DNA of 64,000 bases, from NCBI GenBank assembly GCA_037200965.1, contig JBBCGK010000001.1, forward strand, positions 864,001 through 928,000, written 5' to 3'. This document shows, piece after piece, positions 37,406 to 47,600 of the stretch. Below the pieces are notes generated by a model. The model was given only the letters and a program-made list of their open reading frames with translations, ran no database searches and was not told the DNA's origin. Made by a program: the position numbers and the translations under genes. Within the stretch, counting starts at the first letter, position 1. Each line of letters opens with the position of its first letter. This stretch comes from a bacterium (GTDB taxonomy: Bacteria > Patescibacteriota > Minisyncoccia > Phycocordibacterales > Phycocordibacteraceae).

Positions 37406-38200
37406 TTAATCTCTGATCTCAATCGAAGCCGAAGCGTAGTTATTGCTTTCGTCGGACTCGCTCACGTCCTTGTCGGGGTCGAGCGTGACCGAGAAGCTCT
37501 GGTCGCCGGTCTTCGCTTCGCCATCGTCGAGATGGAGCATGAAGTCGATATGGTCGCCGGGATTGAGGGAAACCTGGGTAGGGGAGCTGAAGGTATAGCT
37601 CTGCTTGGTCGGGAGCTTGGCTTCGAAGTCCCAGGTGCCGGAGACATTCGTGCCGCGGTTAACGACCGAGAACTTGACCGCGAAGCGGCGGTTATCCGGA
37701 ACGCTCGAACTCAGGACGAACGCCGCGTCGCTGCTGTCGTTACTGGGAAGGTAGCCGACGACGAGATTCGTGACCGTGAGGTCAGGGAGGCCTGTGAACG
37801 AGCCGCTGCGGACCGCGGTGCCCGTGCCCGGTATTACGTATGCGTTATTCGCAGGCGCGCCCGCGGACGGGGTCGGCGCGACGGTCGCCGTAACCGAAGA
37901 GGTCGTCGTGGTCGTTGCGGGGATCACGACCGTGGTATTTACGGTCGTGGTGCTTGCAGCAGGGGTTCCAAACGGAACGACGGTGCCGGAGTTCACGACC
38001 TCAAGCGTGCTTTCCTTGGCGGGAACGAATACGGAAGAGAGCGAAACGGCCGCCTGGCCGATGCCGGAAATCGCGGCAGGGATATAGCGCGCCGTATAGA
38101 CGGCGAGCGTCATGCCGATAAAGAGAAGCGCGATGAAGCCGACGACGGCGAGGGCCCGAATGGCCGCCTGGCGGTTGTGGATCTGGGTTTCAGTATTCAT
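37406..38200 (-). CDS. Membrane-anchored surface protein with C-terminal CARDB-like domain
   Basis: TM anchor, Thr/Ser/Ala-rich linker, then LPDLTVTNLVVG...RFAVKFSVVNRGTNVSG...SFSVTLDPDKDVSESDESNN (CARDB pattern); start set at MNTETQ. Confidence 0.5.
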   Translation of the reverse strand: MNTETQIHNRQAAIRALAVVGFIALLFIGMTLAVYTARYIPAAISGIGQAAVSLSSVFVPAKESTLEVVNSGTVVPFGTPAASTTTVNTTVVIPATTTTTSSVTATVAPTPSAGAPANNAYVIPGTGTAVRSGSFTGLPDLTVTNLVVGYLPSNDSSDAAFVLSSSVPDNRRFAVKFSVVNRGTNVSGTWDFEAKLPTKQSYTFSSPTQVSLNPGDHIDFMLHLDDGEAKTGDQSFSVTLDPDKDVSESDESNNYASASIEIRD

Positions 38201-38328
38201 AGGGATATGGATATATCTAACATGGCCCATTTTATTTGTCAATAGCCTCTTGTCAAGTTTTGTTCTTTGGGGCCTTATGCGACCTCTTGACAGGATCATT
38301 CTTATAGTGTAAATATGAGCAAGACTAT

Positions 38329-39012
38329 ATGAACGCAGTCGATAACGCAGTGCGGCTCGCGAGGGCCGCCAAAAGGGCGTACGCACGAAAGTGGGCCTTC
38401 GGAGGCCTGACTTTTATTGCATTCCTTCTTTCCGTTACGACGCTTGCGCATCTTGACCTCTTGCCTGAAGCGGCCGCGCCGCAGACGGCATCCGCCGGAT
38501 CGGCGCCCGCAGTCGCCATGGATGTTTCGGGCGTTGTTTCCGCTCCGACTATACCGCAGTCCGCTGAGCTTCCCGTGAAGATCGAGGTGCCGTCGATCAG
38601 GCTGTCCGCGAAGATCGCGAATCCGTCTTCGACCGATATCGAAACGCTCGACCATGCGCTTCTTGGCGGAGCGGTCAGGTACCCGACGTCGGCGAAGCTT
38701 GGCGAAGCCGGGAACGTGATACTCTTCGGCCACTCAAGCTATCTGCCGGTCGTGAGCAACCAGGCGTTCAAGACGTTCGACGGCATACAGAACCTTGAGA
38801 AAGGAGACCGCATCATCGTATCTTCAGGCACGAGGGCGTACGCCTATGCGGTAGCAGGCGTGTCGAAGCAGAGCGCGGCATCCGACGCCGGAATCGCCCT
38901 GACCTCGACCGGCCATACGCTTACGCTCGCCACGTGCGACTCGTTCGGAGAAAAGACCGACCGGTTCGTCGTGACCGCAGAACTTGTCGAGAGCTATCCG
39001 CTCGTCCCCTAG
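38329..39012 (+). CDS. Sortase-family transpeptidase
   Basis: N-terminal TM, catalytic His (ILFGHSS), TLATCD (TLxTC active-site Cys), conserved Arg region. Confidence 0.65.
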   Translation: MNAVDNAVRLARAAKRAYARKWAFGGLTFIAFLLSVTTLAHLDLLPEAAAPQTASAGSAPAVAMDVSGVVSAPTIPQSAELPVKIEVPSIRLSAKIANPSSTDIETLDHALLGGAVRYPTSAKLGEAGNVILFGHSSYLPVVSNQAFKTFDGIQNLEKGDRIIVSSGTRAYAYAVAGVSKQSAASDAGIALTSTGHTLTLATCDSFGEKTDRFVVTAELVESYPLVP

Positions 39013-39141
39013 GGGGCGGCCGGATAGCTCTCTGCAAACTTTCCGCAAGGGAAGCGCAGAGGCGAAGAAATTCGTTCTTTGTAACCGTGAGTCAGTAATA
39101 ACCCTAGAGCCGCGTGAGCGCGGCAGATCGGAGAACAGGCG

Positions 39142-40233
39142 ATGCGTAGAATTCTCATCGCCGGTGTCGTGCTCGCCCTCTTGGCGATTATCGGCATCGG
39201 TCTCTACAACTTCTTCTCGGCGAGTTCGGCCTCTCCGGCGAAGTCGCCGGTGTGCGCTGTGACGCTTAGCGAGCGTCACAGCATGGGATGGAAATATCCT
39301 GGCGCTGACCCGTTGGTCGAGCGCAAGGGAACCCATTCCGAGCGGCTTGCGAAGGCTCGCACCTTTGACCGTTGTTCGATGGAGCGCGCCGGAATCCCTG
39401 CGAAGGTGATCGACGCGTTCCTGAAGGCAATGGCGAAGCCTGGCGTGCATAAGTCCATCAAGGACGGCGTGCGCTACGATTTCGTCTCAAGCCGCGGCCC
39501 TACAGTCACGAAGAATGTCACGACGCGGTTCGGCCGCGGCGTTCCTCTCAAAAGTGAGAAGCGCTCCGCTACCGAATATGTCGTGGTCGTCGACGGGGTA
39601 ACCTGGATCGCCGACCGTTTTGACTGGTGCATGAATCTCGGCGTGCGCCATGTGCGCAAGCCGAAGAAGCATCATCCGCCGAAGCGTCACCAGCCCCCTC
39701 CGCCCGTAAAGGTCACGGAAGAGCGCTGCTACCGCATGCCGTACGACTATCGGACGACGACGGGCGAAAACGGGAAACCTCTTCCCGCGATCGACGTCTC
39801 GGACGGCTTCGTGCATCATCAGATCTACGTCAAGGATCTGACGAGCGAGGTTATGGCCGAGCTCATCAGCGATCCGTGCACGTACATGCACGACGAAACC
39901 GGCGACTACCGGCTCGAGCTCGGCTGCGACTGCGCCCGCGGCGGCTATCCGTCGCCCGAAGTGGCCGAGAGGAACGATCTCCCGGCGCAAAGGCCCGAAG
40001 CGGTGGCGCACGTGAAAGGGAGGGGCTTGGTCGGCTACTACTCGTATCCGATCGACTTCAACCGCTCCACGCTCTACTGCGTGCGGACCAACGGGTACCA
40101 TCTCGAGACCCGGGGGTTCGAAGCGTTCATGGCGTTCTCGCGTTTTGAGATCGTGTCCAGGACCGCGGTGGCTGAAACCCGGCAGGCGGGCCAGCTCAGC
40201 TGGGCCGTCACCGGTTCCGGAAAGACCCTCTGA
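39142..40233 (+). CDS. Membrane-anchored Cys-rich hypothetical protein
   Basis: Signal anchor; 10 Cys; HHPPKRHQPPPP linker; no family recognised. Confidence 0.4.
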   Translation: MRRILIAGVVLALLAIIGIGLYNFFSASSASPAKSPVCAVTLSERHSMGWKYPGADPLVERKGTHSERLAKARTFDRCSMERAGIPAKVIDAFLKAMAKPGVHKSIKDGVRYDFVSSRGPTVTKNVTTRFGRGVPLKSEKRSATEYVVVVDGVTWIADRFDWCMNLGVRHVRKPKKHHPPKRHQPPPPVKVTEERCYRMPYDYRTTTGENGKPLPAIDVSDGFVHHQIYVKDLTSEVMAELISDPCTYMHDETGDYRLELGCDCARGGYPSPEVAERNDLPAQRPEAVAHVKGRGLVGYYSYPIDFNRSTLYCVRTNGYHLETRGFEAFMAFSRFEIVSRTAVAETRQAGQLSWAVTGSGKTL

Positions 40234-40294
40234 CCCAAAGCCGTACGCTTGACAACAAGGCGACGGCAGTGTAATCTTTTGAGAGCGGGGAATC

Positions 40295-42778
40295 GTGCCA
40301 CGGCACATCCCCGCCCTCTTTGTACGGGAATCAATCATGACCACCGAAACCACAACCATTTCACAAAACAAAAAGAACATGAGCCCGCTCGTCACCGGGC
40401 TCTTGAGCGTGGTCGCGGTGCTCTCGATCGGCTTCAGTCTCGGCATCGTGACCGGGGTCGTGAACGTCCCTTTCACCGAAGCCTGCTGCGTTCTACCGCC
40501 TCCACCGATCGTCATCCCTCCACCGATCGTCATCCCTCCACCGATCATCCTTATCCCGAGCTGTTCGCTCGAAGTGGAACCGTCTTCCATACATCCCGGC
40601 GAAACCGCGACGCTTTCGTGGACTACCGTGAACGTAACGGGCGCGGAAATCGATCATGACATCGGCGAGGTCGATCTCGACGGCACGTACGACGTATCTC
40701 CCTCGGAGACGACCGAATACACCATGACGGGCATGGGTCCCGGAGGCGAGACGATATGTACCGCAACCGTCGAGGTCATACCGCCTCCTCCCCCCGCTCC
40801 TACTTGTACGCTCACCGCATCCCCGGCCTCCTTTACGGGCAGTGGCGTATCGACGCTCACATGGACCACCTCGAATGCTACCTCGTTCACCATTAACCAC
40901 GGCGTCGGTTCGGTAACTCCGGTTGCCAGCGGATCGAAAGTCGCTCCCGCCATAAGCGCGAATACTACGTATACCGGTACGGTAGAGGGGCCGGACGGGC
41001 AGCAGGATACCTGCACCGCAAGCGTCACCGTGACGCCCGTATCGCCTGGCACCCCGGCCTGTACGCTCACGGCCTCTCCGGCAAGTTTTACCGGCACGAG
41101 CGTGCAGCCAACCCTTACCTGGACCACCTCGAACGCAACCTCGTTCACTATTGACCATACGATCGGTTCCGTAACGCCGGTGGGAAGCGGCTCGGTCTTG
41201 GCTCCCGCCATTACGACCACCACTACCTACACCGGTATCGCTACAGGTCTCGGCGGCACTTCGCAGCCGTGTACGGCGACCGTCACGATAACCCTGCCGG
41301 GTGCGCCTGCATGTACGCTCACCGCATCCCCGGCCTCCTTTACGGGCAGTGGCGTATCGACGCTCACATGGACCACCTCGAATGCTACCTCGTTCACTAT
41401 TGATCATGCGATCGGCTCGCTTACTCCGGTCGCGGGCGGTTCCACGACGACGCCCAACCTTACGGCTACCATCACCTACACCGGTATCGCTACCGGTCCT
41501 GCAGGCACGTCGCTGCCCTGCACTGTAACTATTACCGTCACGCCATCCACGCCGGGGCTCGCGTGTACCCTCACCGCAGATCCGACCTCTCTCCCGGAGG
41601 GCGGCGGCACTTCGACCCTCACCTGGACTACGACCGGCGCTACGTCTTTCTCTATCGACAATACTATCGGTGCGGTATCTCCTCTGTCCGGCGGTTCCAC
41701 GACGACGCCGAAGATCACGGACGACACGACGTTCACCGGCACGGTAACCGGTCCTGCCGGAACCAATAGTTGTACCGCGCAAATCACGGTCGCCGCCAAA
41801 CCGAGCTGTACGAGCGGTTGCGGAGGGGGCGGAGGAGGAGGGGGCGGCGGCGGTCGCCGTGTCAGCCGTCCGCACGTGACGCTTGATGTCCTCAAGCAGC
41901 CGGATGTCGAACCGCTCGCCTTCGTCTATCTTTCGCAAATTCCCTATACCGGCCTCGATCTCGGGCCTGTCGGCACCGTCGCATACTGGGTCGCGCTCGT
42001 CGCATGGAGCCTCGCGGTCGCGTATCTTGCGCTCTTCATCCTCCTGCCGTATCTCAGGCGCCGCATGCAGCGGTTTGCGGAGGCCGTAACCGAGACGCTG
42101 AACGCCGAGCAGCTTGCACCCGAAACCGCCCCGGCATATCGTCCGGAGCCCGCCAAAGCCCCGGTCATGCGCGCGTCCGCAGCGCAGAACGCCGCTCGCG
42201 GGTACTCCACGTACGACGGATTCCGTTCGTTCGCGAAGTCCGGCAGCCTCTCGATCGACGATATCGTGAAGGGTCTTGCGCGCGAGTCCGCGCCCGACGA
42301 CGCGGTCGTACATTCCGAGCGCATCGTGGCCCGCGCCCAGAAGACGGAGCCGATCTATGAGAGCGTCGAGCCTATCTATGGAAATGTCGAACCGGTGCAT
42401 TCGAGCGCGGCACCCGCTCGCCAGGCACCGCAGGCAAACGCGGCCCCGGTGCATCCTGAGGTGCCGGGCTTCATCGAAGCCCTTCTTAAGGGCGAGCGGG
42501 AAGTGGTATTCGGCGCCGTCCGCGCTACGGTCCGCGCCGGGGGAGACGCCGAAGCGTTCCTCACCCAGGTCGTCTGCGCGCTTGATGACGCGTACCGCGC
42601 GCGTACGGAAGGCACGCCGGTGCATCCGGAGGTGGCGCGCATCACGAACGATTGCGCGACCTCCTTCCTCGAACGCCTCGTGACCTCGCTTTCGACTGCA
42701 GTCGACTCAAGCTACTCGCAGGGCATCACGGGCGCGAAGCTCGCGCTCACCAGGGCGCTTGCCGTTACGGGAGCGTAA
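40295..42778 (+). CDS. Large surface protein with five tandem ~84-aa Cys-bracketed Ig-like repeats, a poly-Gly tract, an IPYTG sorting-like motif plus TM helix, and a ~230-aa C-terminal tail
   Basis: N-terminal TM; PPPIVIPPPIVIPPPIIL; repeats of C-TLTASPASFTG...LTWTTSNATSFTIDH.IGSVTPV..GS...P...T..TYTG.ATGP.GTS..CTATVTV; G13 tract; LSQIPYTG + hydrophobic helix + RRRMQR. Confidence 0.6.
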   Translation: MPRHIPALFVRESIMTTETTTISQNKKNMSPLVTGLLSVVAVLSIGFSLGIVTGVVNVPFTEACCVLPPPPIVIPPPIVIPPPIILIPSCSLEVEPSSIHPGETATLSWTTVNVTGAEIDHDIGEVDLDGTYDVSPSETTEYTMTGMGPGGETICTATVEVIPPPPPAPTCTLTASPASFTGSGVSTLTWTTSNATSFTINHGVGSVTPVASGSKVAPAISANTTYTGTVEGPDGQQDTCTASVTVTPVSPGTPACTLTASPASFTGTSVQPTLTWTTSNATSFTIDHTIGSVTPVGSGSVLAPAITTTTTYTGIATGLGGTSQPCTATVTITLPGAPACTLTASPASFTGSGVSTLTWTTSNATSFTIDHAIGSLTPVAGGSTTTPNLTATITYTGIATGPAGTSLPCTVTITVTPSTPGLACTLTADPTSLPEGGGTSTLTWTTTGATSFSIDNTIGAVSPLSGGSTTTPKITDDTTFTGTVTGPAGTNSCTAQITVAAKPSCTSGCGGGGGGGGGGGRRVSRPHVTLDVLKQPDVEPLAFVYLSQIPYTGLDLGPVGTVAYWVALVAWSLAVAYLALFILLPYLRRRMQRFAEAVTETLNAEQLAPETAPAYRPEPAKAPVMRASAAQNAARGYSTYDGFRSFAKSGSLSIDDIVKGLARESAPDDAVVHSERIVARAQKTEPIYESVEPIYGNVEPVHSSAAPARQAPQANAAPVHPEVPGFIEALLKGEREVVFGAVRATVRAGGDAEAFLTQVVCALDDAYRARTEGTPVHPEVARITNDCATSFLERLVTSLSTAVDSSYSQGITGAKLALTRALAVTGA
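40805..41806 (+). repeat. Four tandem ~252-bp coding repeats (plus an upstream diverged fifth copy)
   Basis: Copies begin at 40805, 41060, 41312, 41564. Copies 1 and 3 are identical for 88 nt (40805-40892 = 41312-41399). Confidence 0.8.
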
Positions 42779-42792
42779 TCGGATTTAATAAA

Positions 42793-42836
42793 AAGAAGAA
42801 CACCGGCGGACGAAATCCGCCGGTGTTCTTCTTTTG
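42793..42836. terminator. Strong bidirectional rho-independent terminator between the surface-protein gene and thrS
   Basis: aagaagaacaccggcgga-cgaaa-tccgccggtgttcttctttt. Confidence 0.7.
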
Positions 42837-42841
42837 CGCGT

Positions 42842-44584
42842 TTAAGAACGCGTTTTGATTTCCCTGAGCGCTTTCGCGGCAAAATCTGCCTGCTGCATCG
42901 CGTCGAGCTTGCCGTGGTCCCGGCTTTCAACAGAAACCGTACCAGATTCTTGTTCTTTGTCGCCGACGACAAGTACGTACGGAACCTTCTCGAGTTTTGC
43001 CGCGCGCACTTTCTTGCCGAGGGACTCGTTCGACGAATCTGCCTCCGCGCGGATATCGGCTGCCTTGAGCGTTGCCAGAACCTCTCTGGCATATCCGTCA
43101 TGCTTCTCCGAAACCGGAAGCACCTTCACCTGCACGGGCGAGAGCCAGAGCGGAAAAGCTCCGCCGAAATGCTCGATCAGGAAACCGAAGACACGCTCCA
43201 AGCTGCCGATCGTAGAACGATGGATCATGACCGGTCGTTTCTTTTGTCCGTCCGCGTCTATGTATTCGATATCGAATTTTTGGGGAAGCAGGAAATCCAT
43301 CTGGGCAGTAAAAAGAGTATCCTCTTTGCCGTTCACGTTTTTTGCCTGCACGTCGAGCTTCGGGCCGTAAAAAGCGGCCTCGTCTTCCGCCTCGACATAC
43401 GGAAGCCCGAGTTCATCGAGCGCTTCTTTCATAAGTCCCTCTGCAAGATTCCAGAGATCGTCGTCGGGATAATATTTTTCCTTGTTATCAGCATCCCGCT
43501 TCGAGAAGCGATATGAGACGACATCGATAAGACCAAGGCCTTTCATTCCCTCGACGATCATCGTGCATACGCTCTTGAATTCCTCCTTGAGCCCTTCCCG
43601 GGTTACGAAAATATGTCCGTCGGTAAGCTGGAACTTGCGGACACGGATCATGCCCATGAGCTCTCCCGATTTCTCATATCGGTTATAGTCGGCTATTTCC
43701 GCGTAACGCACGGGCAGATCCTTATAGCTCCACTGTTTTCTCTGGAACATCCGAATATGATGGGGGCACGCCATCGGGCGCAGGTAGAACTTGTCCCCGT
43801 CCATGTCGATAGGCGCATACATATTGTGCGCGTAATGGTCGAGGTGTCCTGAAATACGATACAGCTCCTCGCCTCCGAGATATGGCGTCGACACATGCTC
43901 ATAGCCATATTTGCGTTCGAGTTCCCGTGCGAAGTTCTCCATTTCGAATTTCACCGCAGTGCCCTTCGGCGTCCACAAAGGAAGGCCTTTGCCGACTTTT
44001 TCATCGATCAAAAAGAGGTCCAGCTCGCGGCCAAGCCTCTTATGATCGCGCTTCTCCGCCTCCTCTCTTCGCATACGATAGGCCTCCAAGTCCTCTTTAG
44101 TCTCAAACGCGAGCCCGTAGATGCGGGTCAGCTGCGCGTTCTTCTCGCTACCGCGCCAGTACGCGCCTGCAATACGGTCGAGGGCGAACGACTCGGGGGC
44201 GATCTCCTGTGCCGGGTTATCTGCCTGACCGCCACGGCAAAGATCCGAATACGCGCCGGAAGTATAAAATGAAACCTTCTGTCCGTCGGCGGTAAATTCG
44301 TCGATCAGTTCCTGTTTATAGGGATTCCCCGGGTACTGCGCCTTCGCTTCCTCGGCCGAAAGTTCCGAACGCGTGAATGAGGTCCAGGTCGGAAGCAGTC
44401 TGCGCATGACTTTCTCGATCTCGGGAAAATCCTTCTCCGATATCGGTTTCGAAAATTCGAAATCGAAATAGAAGCCGGTATCGATCGCAGGGCCGATAGT
44501 CCGCTTGGTGTCCGGCCACAGTTCCATGACCGCGGCGGCCAGGAGATGCGCAAGCGTATGCCGTTTTTCTTCAAGCGTTGCCAT
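42842..44584 (-). CDS. thrS: Threonine--tRNA ligase (lacks N-terminal TGS domain)
   Basis: Editing domain HTLAHLLAAAVMELWPDTKRTIGPAIDTGFYFDF; class II core RDHKRLG...HRSTIGSLERVFGFLIEH; anticodon-binding domain. Start at MATLEEK (alternative 44605). Confidence 0.85.
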   Translation of the reverse strand: MATLEEKRHTLAHLLAAAVMELWPDTKRTIGPAIDTGFYFDFEFSKPISEKDFPEIEKVMRRLLPTWTSFTRSELSAEEAKAQYPGNPYKQELIDEFTADGQKVSFYTSGAYSDLCRGGQADNPAQEIAPESFALDRIAGAYWRGSEKNAQLTRIYGLAFETKEDLEAYRMRREEAEKRDHKRLGRELDLFLIDEKVGKGLPLWTPKGTAVKFEMENFARELERKYGYEHVSTPYLGGEELYRISGHLDHYAHNMYAPIDMDGDKFYLRPMACPHHIRMFQRKQWSYKDLPVRYAEIADYNRYEKSGELMGMIRVRKFQLTDGHIFVTREGLKEEFKSVCTMIVEGMKGLGLIDVVSYRFSKRDADNKEKYYPDDDLWNLAEGLMKEALDELGLPYVEAEDEAAFYGPKLDVQAKNVNGKEDTLFTAQMDFLLPQKFDIEYIDADGQKKRPVMIHRSTIGSLERVFGFLIEHFGGAFPLWLSPVQVKVLPVSEKHDGYAREVLATLKAADIRAEADSSNESLGKKVRAAKLEKVPYVLVVGDKEQESGTVSVESRDHGKLDAMQQADFAAKALREIKTRS

Positions 44585-44605
44585 AGGATATAGAGAATAG
44601 CACAC

Positions 44606-47600
44606 CTAGAGCGCCTTCAGGTTCTCGATCGCGAGCGTGGTCTCGCCGTTTCTGAGGGACACCTTTGCTTTTATAAGAACGCATTTGCCGGGAACGATGA
44701 GCCCCTGGTGTTCCTTGAAAAGCTTCGGGAAGACGACCGATTCGATCGAGGCGGTCTTGTCGGCAAGCTTCACGAACGACATCTTGTCGCCGTTTTTCGT
44801 GAGCATCGTCTTTATCTCTTCGATAAGGGCCGGAAGGATGACCGGAAGGCCTTGCTGTGGGTTTTCCTTGAGCGATCCGATCGTGAACTTGGCCTGGCCG
44901 AGCTTCTCGTCGTGCGCGTCAAGCGGATGGCCCGAGACGTAGATACCGAGCAGTTCTTTTTCCCATTCGAGCTTTTGTGCGACCGAGACATCCTCGGCTG
45001 GCTTAAGGACGAGCGCGGCGGAGTTTGCAAGCGAAGCGCCGAAGAGCGAATCCTGCGGCGCTGCGGCAGTCGCATCGCGGTGAAAGAGCAGCAGGTGCTC
45101 TATATTCGCGAGAAGCTCTCCGCGGCTGCCGAATCGGTCGAGCGCGCCGCAGCGTATAAGCGACTCGAGAGACTTGCGGTTAAGGTTTCTCGAGCCGACG
45201 CGGGAGAGAAAGCCGGTGAGGTCCTTGAACGGTCCGTGCGCGTTCCGCTCGTCAAGAATCGCTCCGGCTATGCCGTCACCGAAATTTTTGATTGATGAGA
45301 GGCCGAAGCGGATGCTGTCTTTCGCGCCGCCCACGACCGTAAAGGTGGTGCCGCTTTCGTTTATGTCCGGCGGAAGGACGGGTATCTTCATGCGCTCGCA
45401 TTCGGCGGCGAGTATCGCGATCTGCTCGGTGTCGCCCGCGTCGGCGGTCAAAAGCGCCGCCATGTATTCGACGGGGTAGTTCGCTTTCATGTACGAGGTC
45501 TGGTACGCGACCTTGCCGTAGCTTGCCGCATGCGCCTTGCCGAAGCCGTAGGCGGCGAACGGCTCGATGAGCTTCCAGAGCTTTTCCGCCTTCGCTTCCG
45601 TGAGCTTGCCGAACTCCTGGAACCCCTTGGTGAGCTTCTCCTTCTCCTTCTCCATGATTTCCGGAATCTTCTTGCCCATCGCCTTGCGGAGCGCGTCGGC
45701 CGTAAGCCAGGAGTAGCCGCCGAGCTTTATCGCCGTCAGAAGCACGTCGTCCTGGTACACCAGGAGCCCGTACGACGCATCCAGGTATTCCTTCATGCGC
45801 TCGTCAAGGTACGTGATCATTTTCGGATTGCTCTTGCGCTCGATATAGGAGGGGATGGATTCCATCGGTCCCGGGCGGTAGAGCGCGACCATGGCGTTGA
45901 TGTCGTGGATGGTAGTCGGCTTGAGCTCCTTCAAATAGCGCGTCATACCCGAGCCGTTCAATTGGAACGTGCCTTCGGTCTCGCCGCGGGCGAGCATGGC
46001 GAAGGTCTTCGGGTCGTCAAGCGGCACCGCCTCGATGTCGATATAGATGCCTTTGCTTTCCCGCACGCGCTCGACGGAGTCCGCGAGGATGGCGAGGTTC
46101 TTGATGCCGAGGAAGTCGAACTTCAAAAGCCCCGCGTCCTCGATGGAATGCATGTCGTACTGCGTGATCAGCTTGCCGCCCTTGGGGTCGAACTGGAGCG
46201 CGGTCCATTCGGTAAGCGGAGTGGGTGCGATCACGACGCCCGCCGCGTGCACGCCGGTATGCCGCACGCAGCCTTCGATCCGGCGGGCGAGATCGAGTAT
46301 TTCGTGCGAGTCCTCGTCTTCCTCGTAGAGGCTCTTGAGGTCGGGCTCGAGCTCGAACGCCCGGTCGATCGTCATGGGGAATCCTTGCGAGCCGATCGGG
46401 ATGAGTTTCGCGATGCGGTCACCGGTGCCGTATGCATGTCCGAGCGCGCGCGCGACATCGCGGACCGCGGCGCGGGCCATCATGGTGCCGAAGGTGCCGA
46501 TCTGCGCGACGCGGTCGTCGCCATATTTTGATTTCGCATACGCGATCATCTCGTCGCGTCGATTGTCGGCGAAGTCCATGTCGATGTCCGGCGCGGACGG
46601 GCGCTCGGGATTGAGAAAGCGCTCGAAGGGGATTTTGTAGGCGAGCGCGTCCACGTTCGTGATCCCGGCAAGGTACGTCACCATCGATCCCGCGACCGAT
46701 CCGCGGATCGTCGTCAGGATGCTGTTCTTATGGGCGAAATCCAGGAGGTCGGATACGACGAGGAAGTACGGCGCGTATCCCTTGTCGCCGATGATCTTGA
46801 GCTCGTATTCGACGCGTTCAAGGAGCTCCGGCGTGGCCGTAAGCCCTCTTCTTGGTATTCCGGCGAACGTCTTCGCGCGCAGCTCCTCATCGTGCGTTTT
46901 GAACCCCTCGCCGACCGCAAGGTCGGGGAACACCCATTTGCCGAGCTCGAAAACGACATTGCAGCGGTCCGCGATTTCCTTCGACCGGTCGACCGCCTCG
47001 GGCATGTCCTTGAAGTACGCGAGCGCCTGCTTTTCGCTTATGAAAGAGAAGTCCTCGACTTCATTGCTCCGGTTGCCGCCCCCGCCGTGCTGGATCCTCC
47101 GCATCACCTCGCACGCTTCCCGGTCGTCGGGGGAGAGATAATACACGTCGTGCTGCGCGACGACCGGCACGCCGGAGGATTTCGAGAGTTCGACGATCCG
47201 CTTCATCTTTTCCTGGTGTCCGGCGGCCTTGGGGTGGTACGTGACTTCGAGGAAGACGTTGTCCTTGCCGAACATGCTCACGTATTCGGCAAGCGTCGCG
47301 GCCGCCGCCTCCGTCTGTCCCGCGCCAAGGAGCTTCGCGACGTCTCCGGCAAATGAGGGAATGATGGCGATAAGCCCGCCCGGGTGCTTTTTAAGAAGCT
47401 CCTTGTCCATGCGGGGCCGTTCGTTGAAGCCTTCGGTGAAGGACTTGGTGACGAGCTTGAGGAGATTCTTATAGCCGTCGTTATTTTCCGCGAGGAGCAC
47501 GAGCCGGGAGCGGTGTTCGTTTTGCCCCTTATCAAAGCGCGAACCGTGCGCAAGGTATGCGTCGACGCCGATAATGGGTTTCAGCTCCGCTTTTTTCGCC

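Noticed and set aside
40501-41855. Possible CRISPR array (regular repeats)
   Set aside because: Repeats are 18-bp and ~252-bp in-frame coding repeats of one protein (Pro-rich linker, Ig-like domains, Gly tract); no spacer/repeat alternation and no cas genes.
40493-42625. 710-aa minus-strand ORF (and 39487..40590)
   Set aside because: Arg/Gly-rich antisense shadows of the surface-repeat protein and the Cys-rich membrane protein.
45530-46531. 333-aa plus-strand ORF (and 44708..45295, 46730..47356, 47384..48088)
   Set aside because: Antisense shadows of dnaE / overlap rnhB out of frame.
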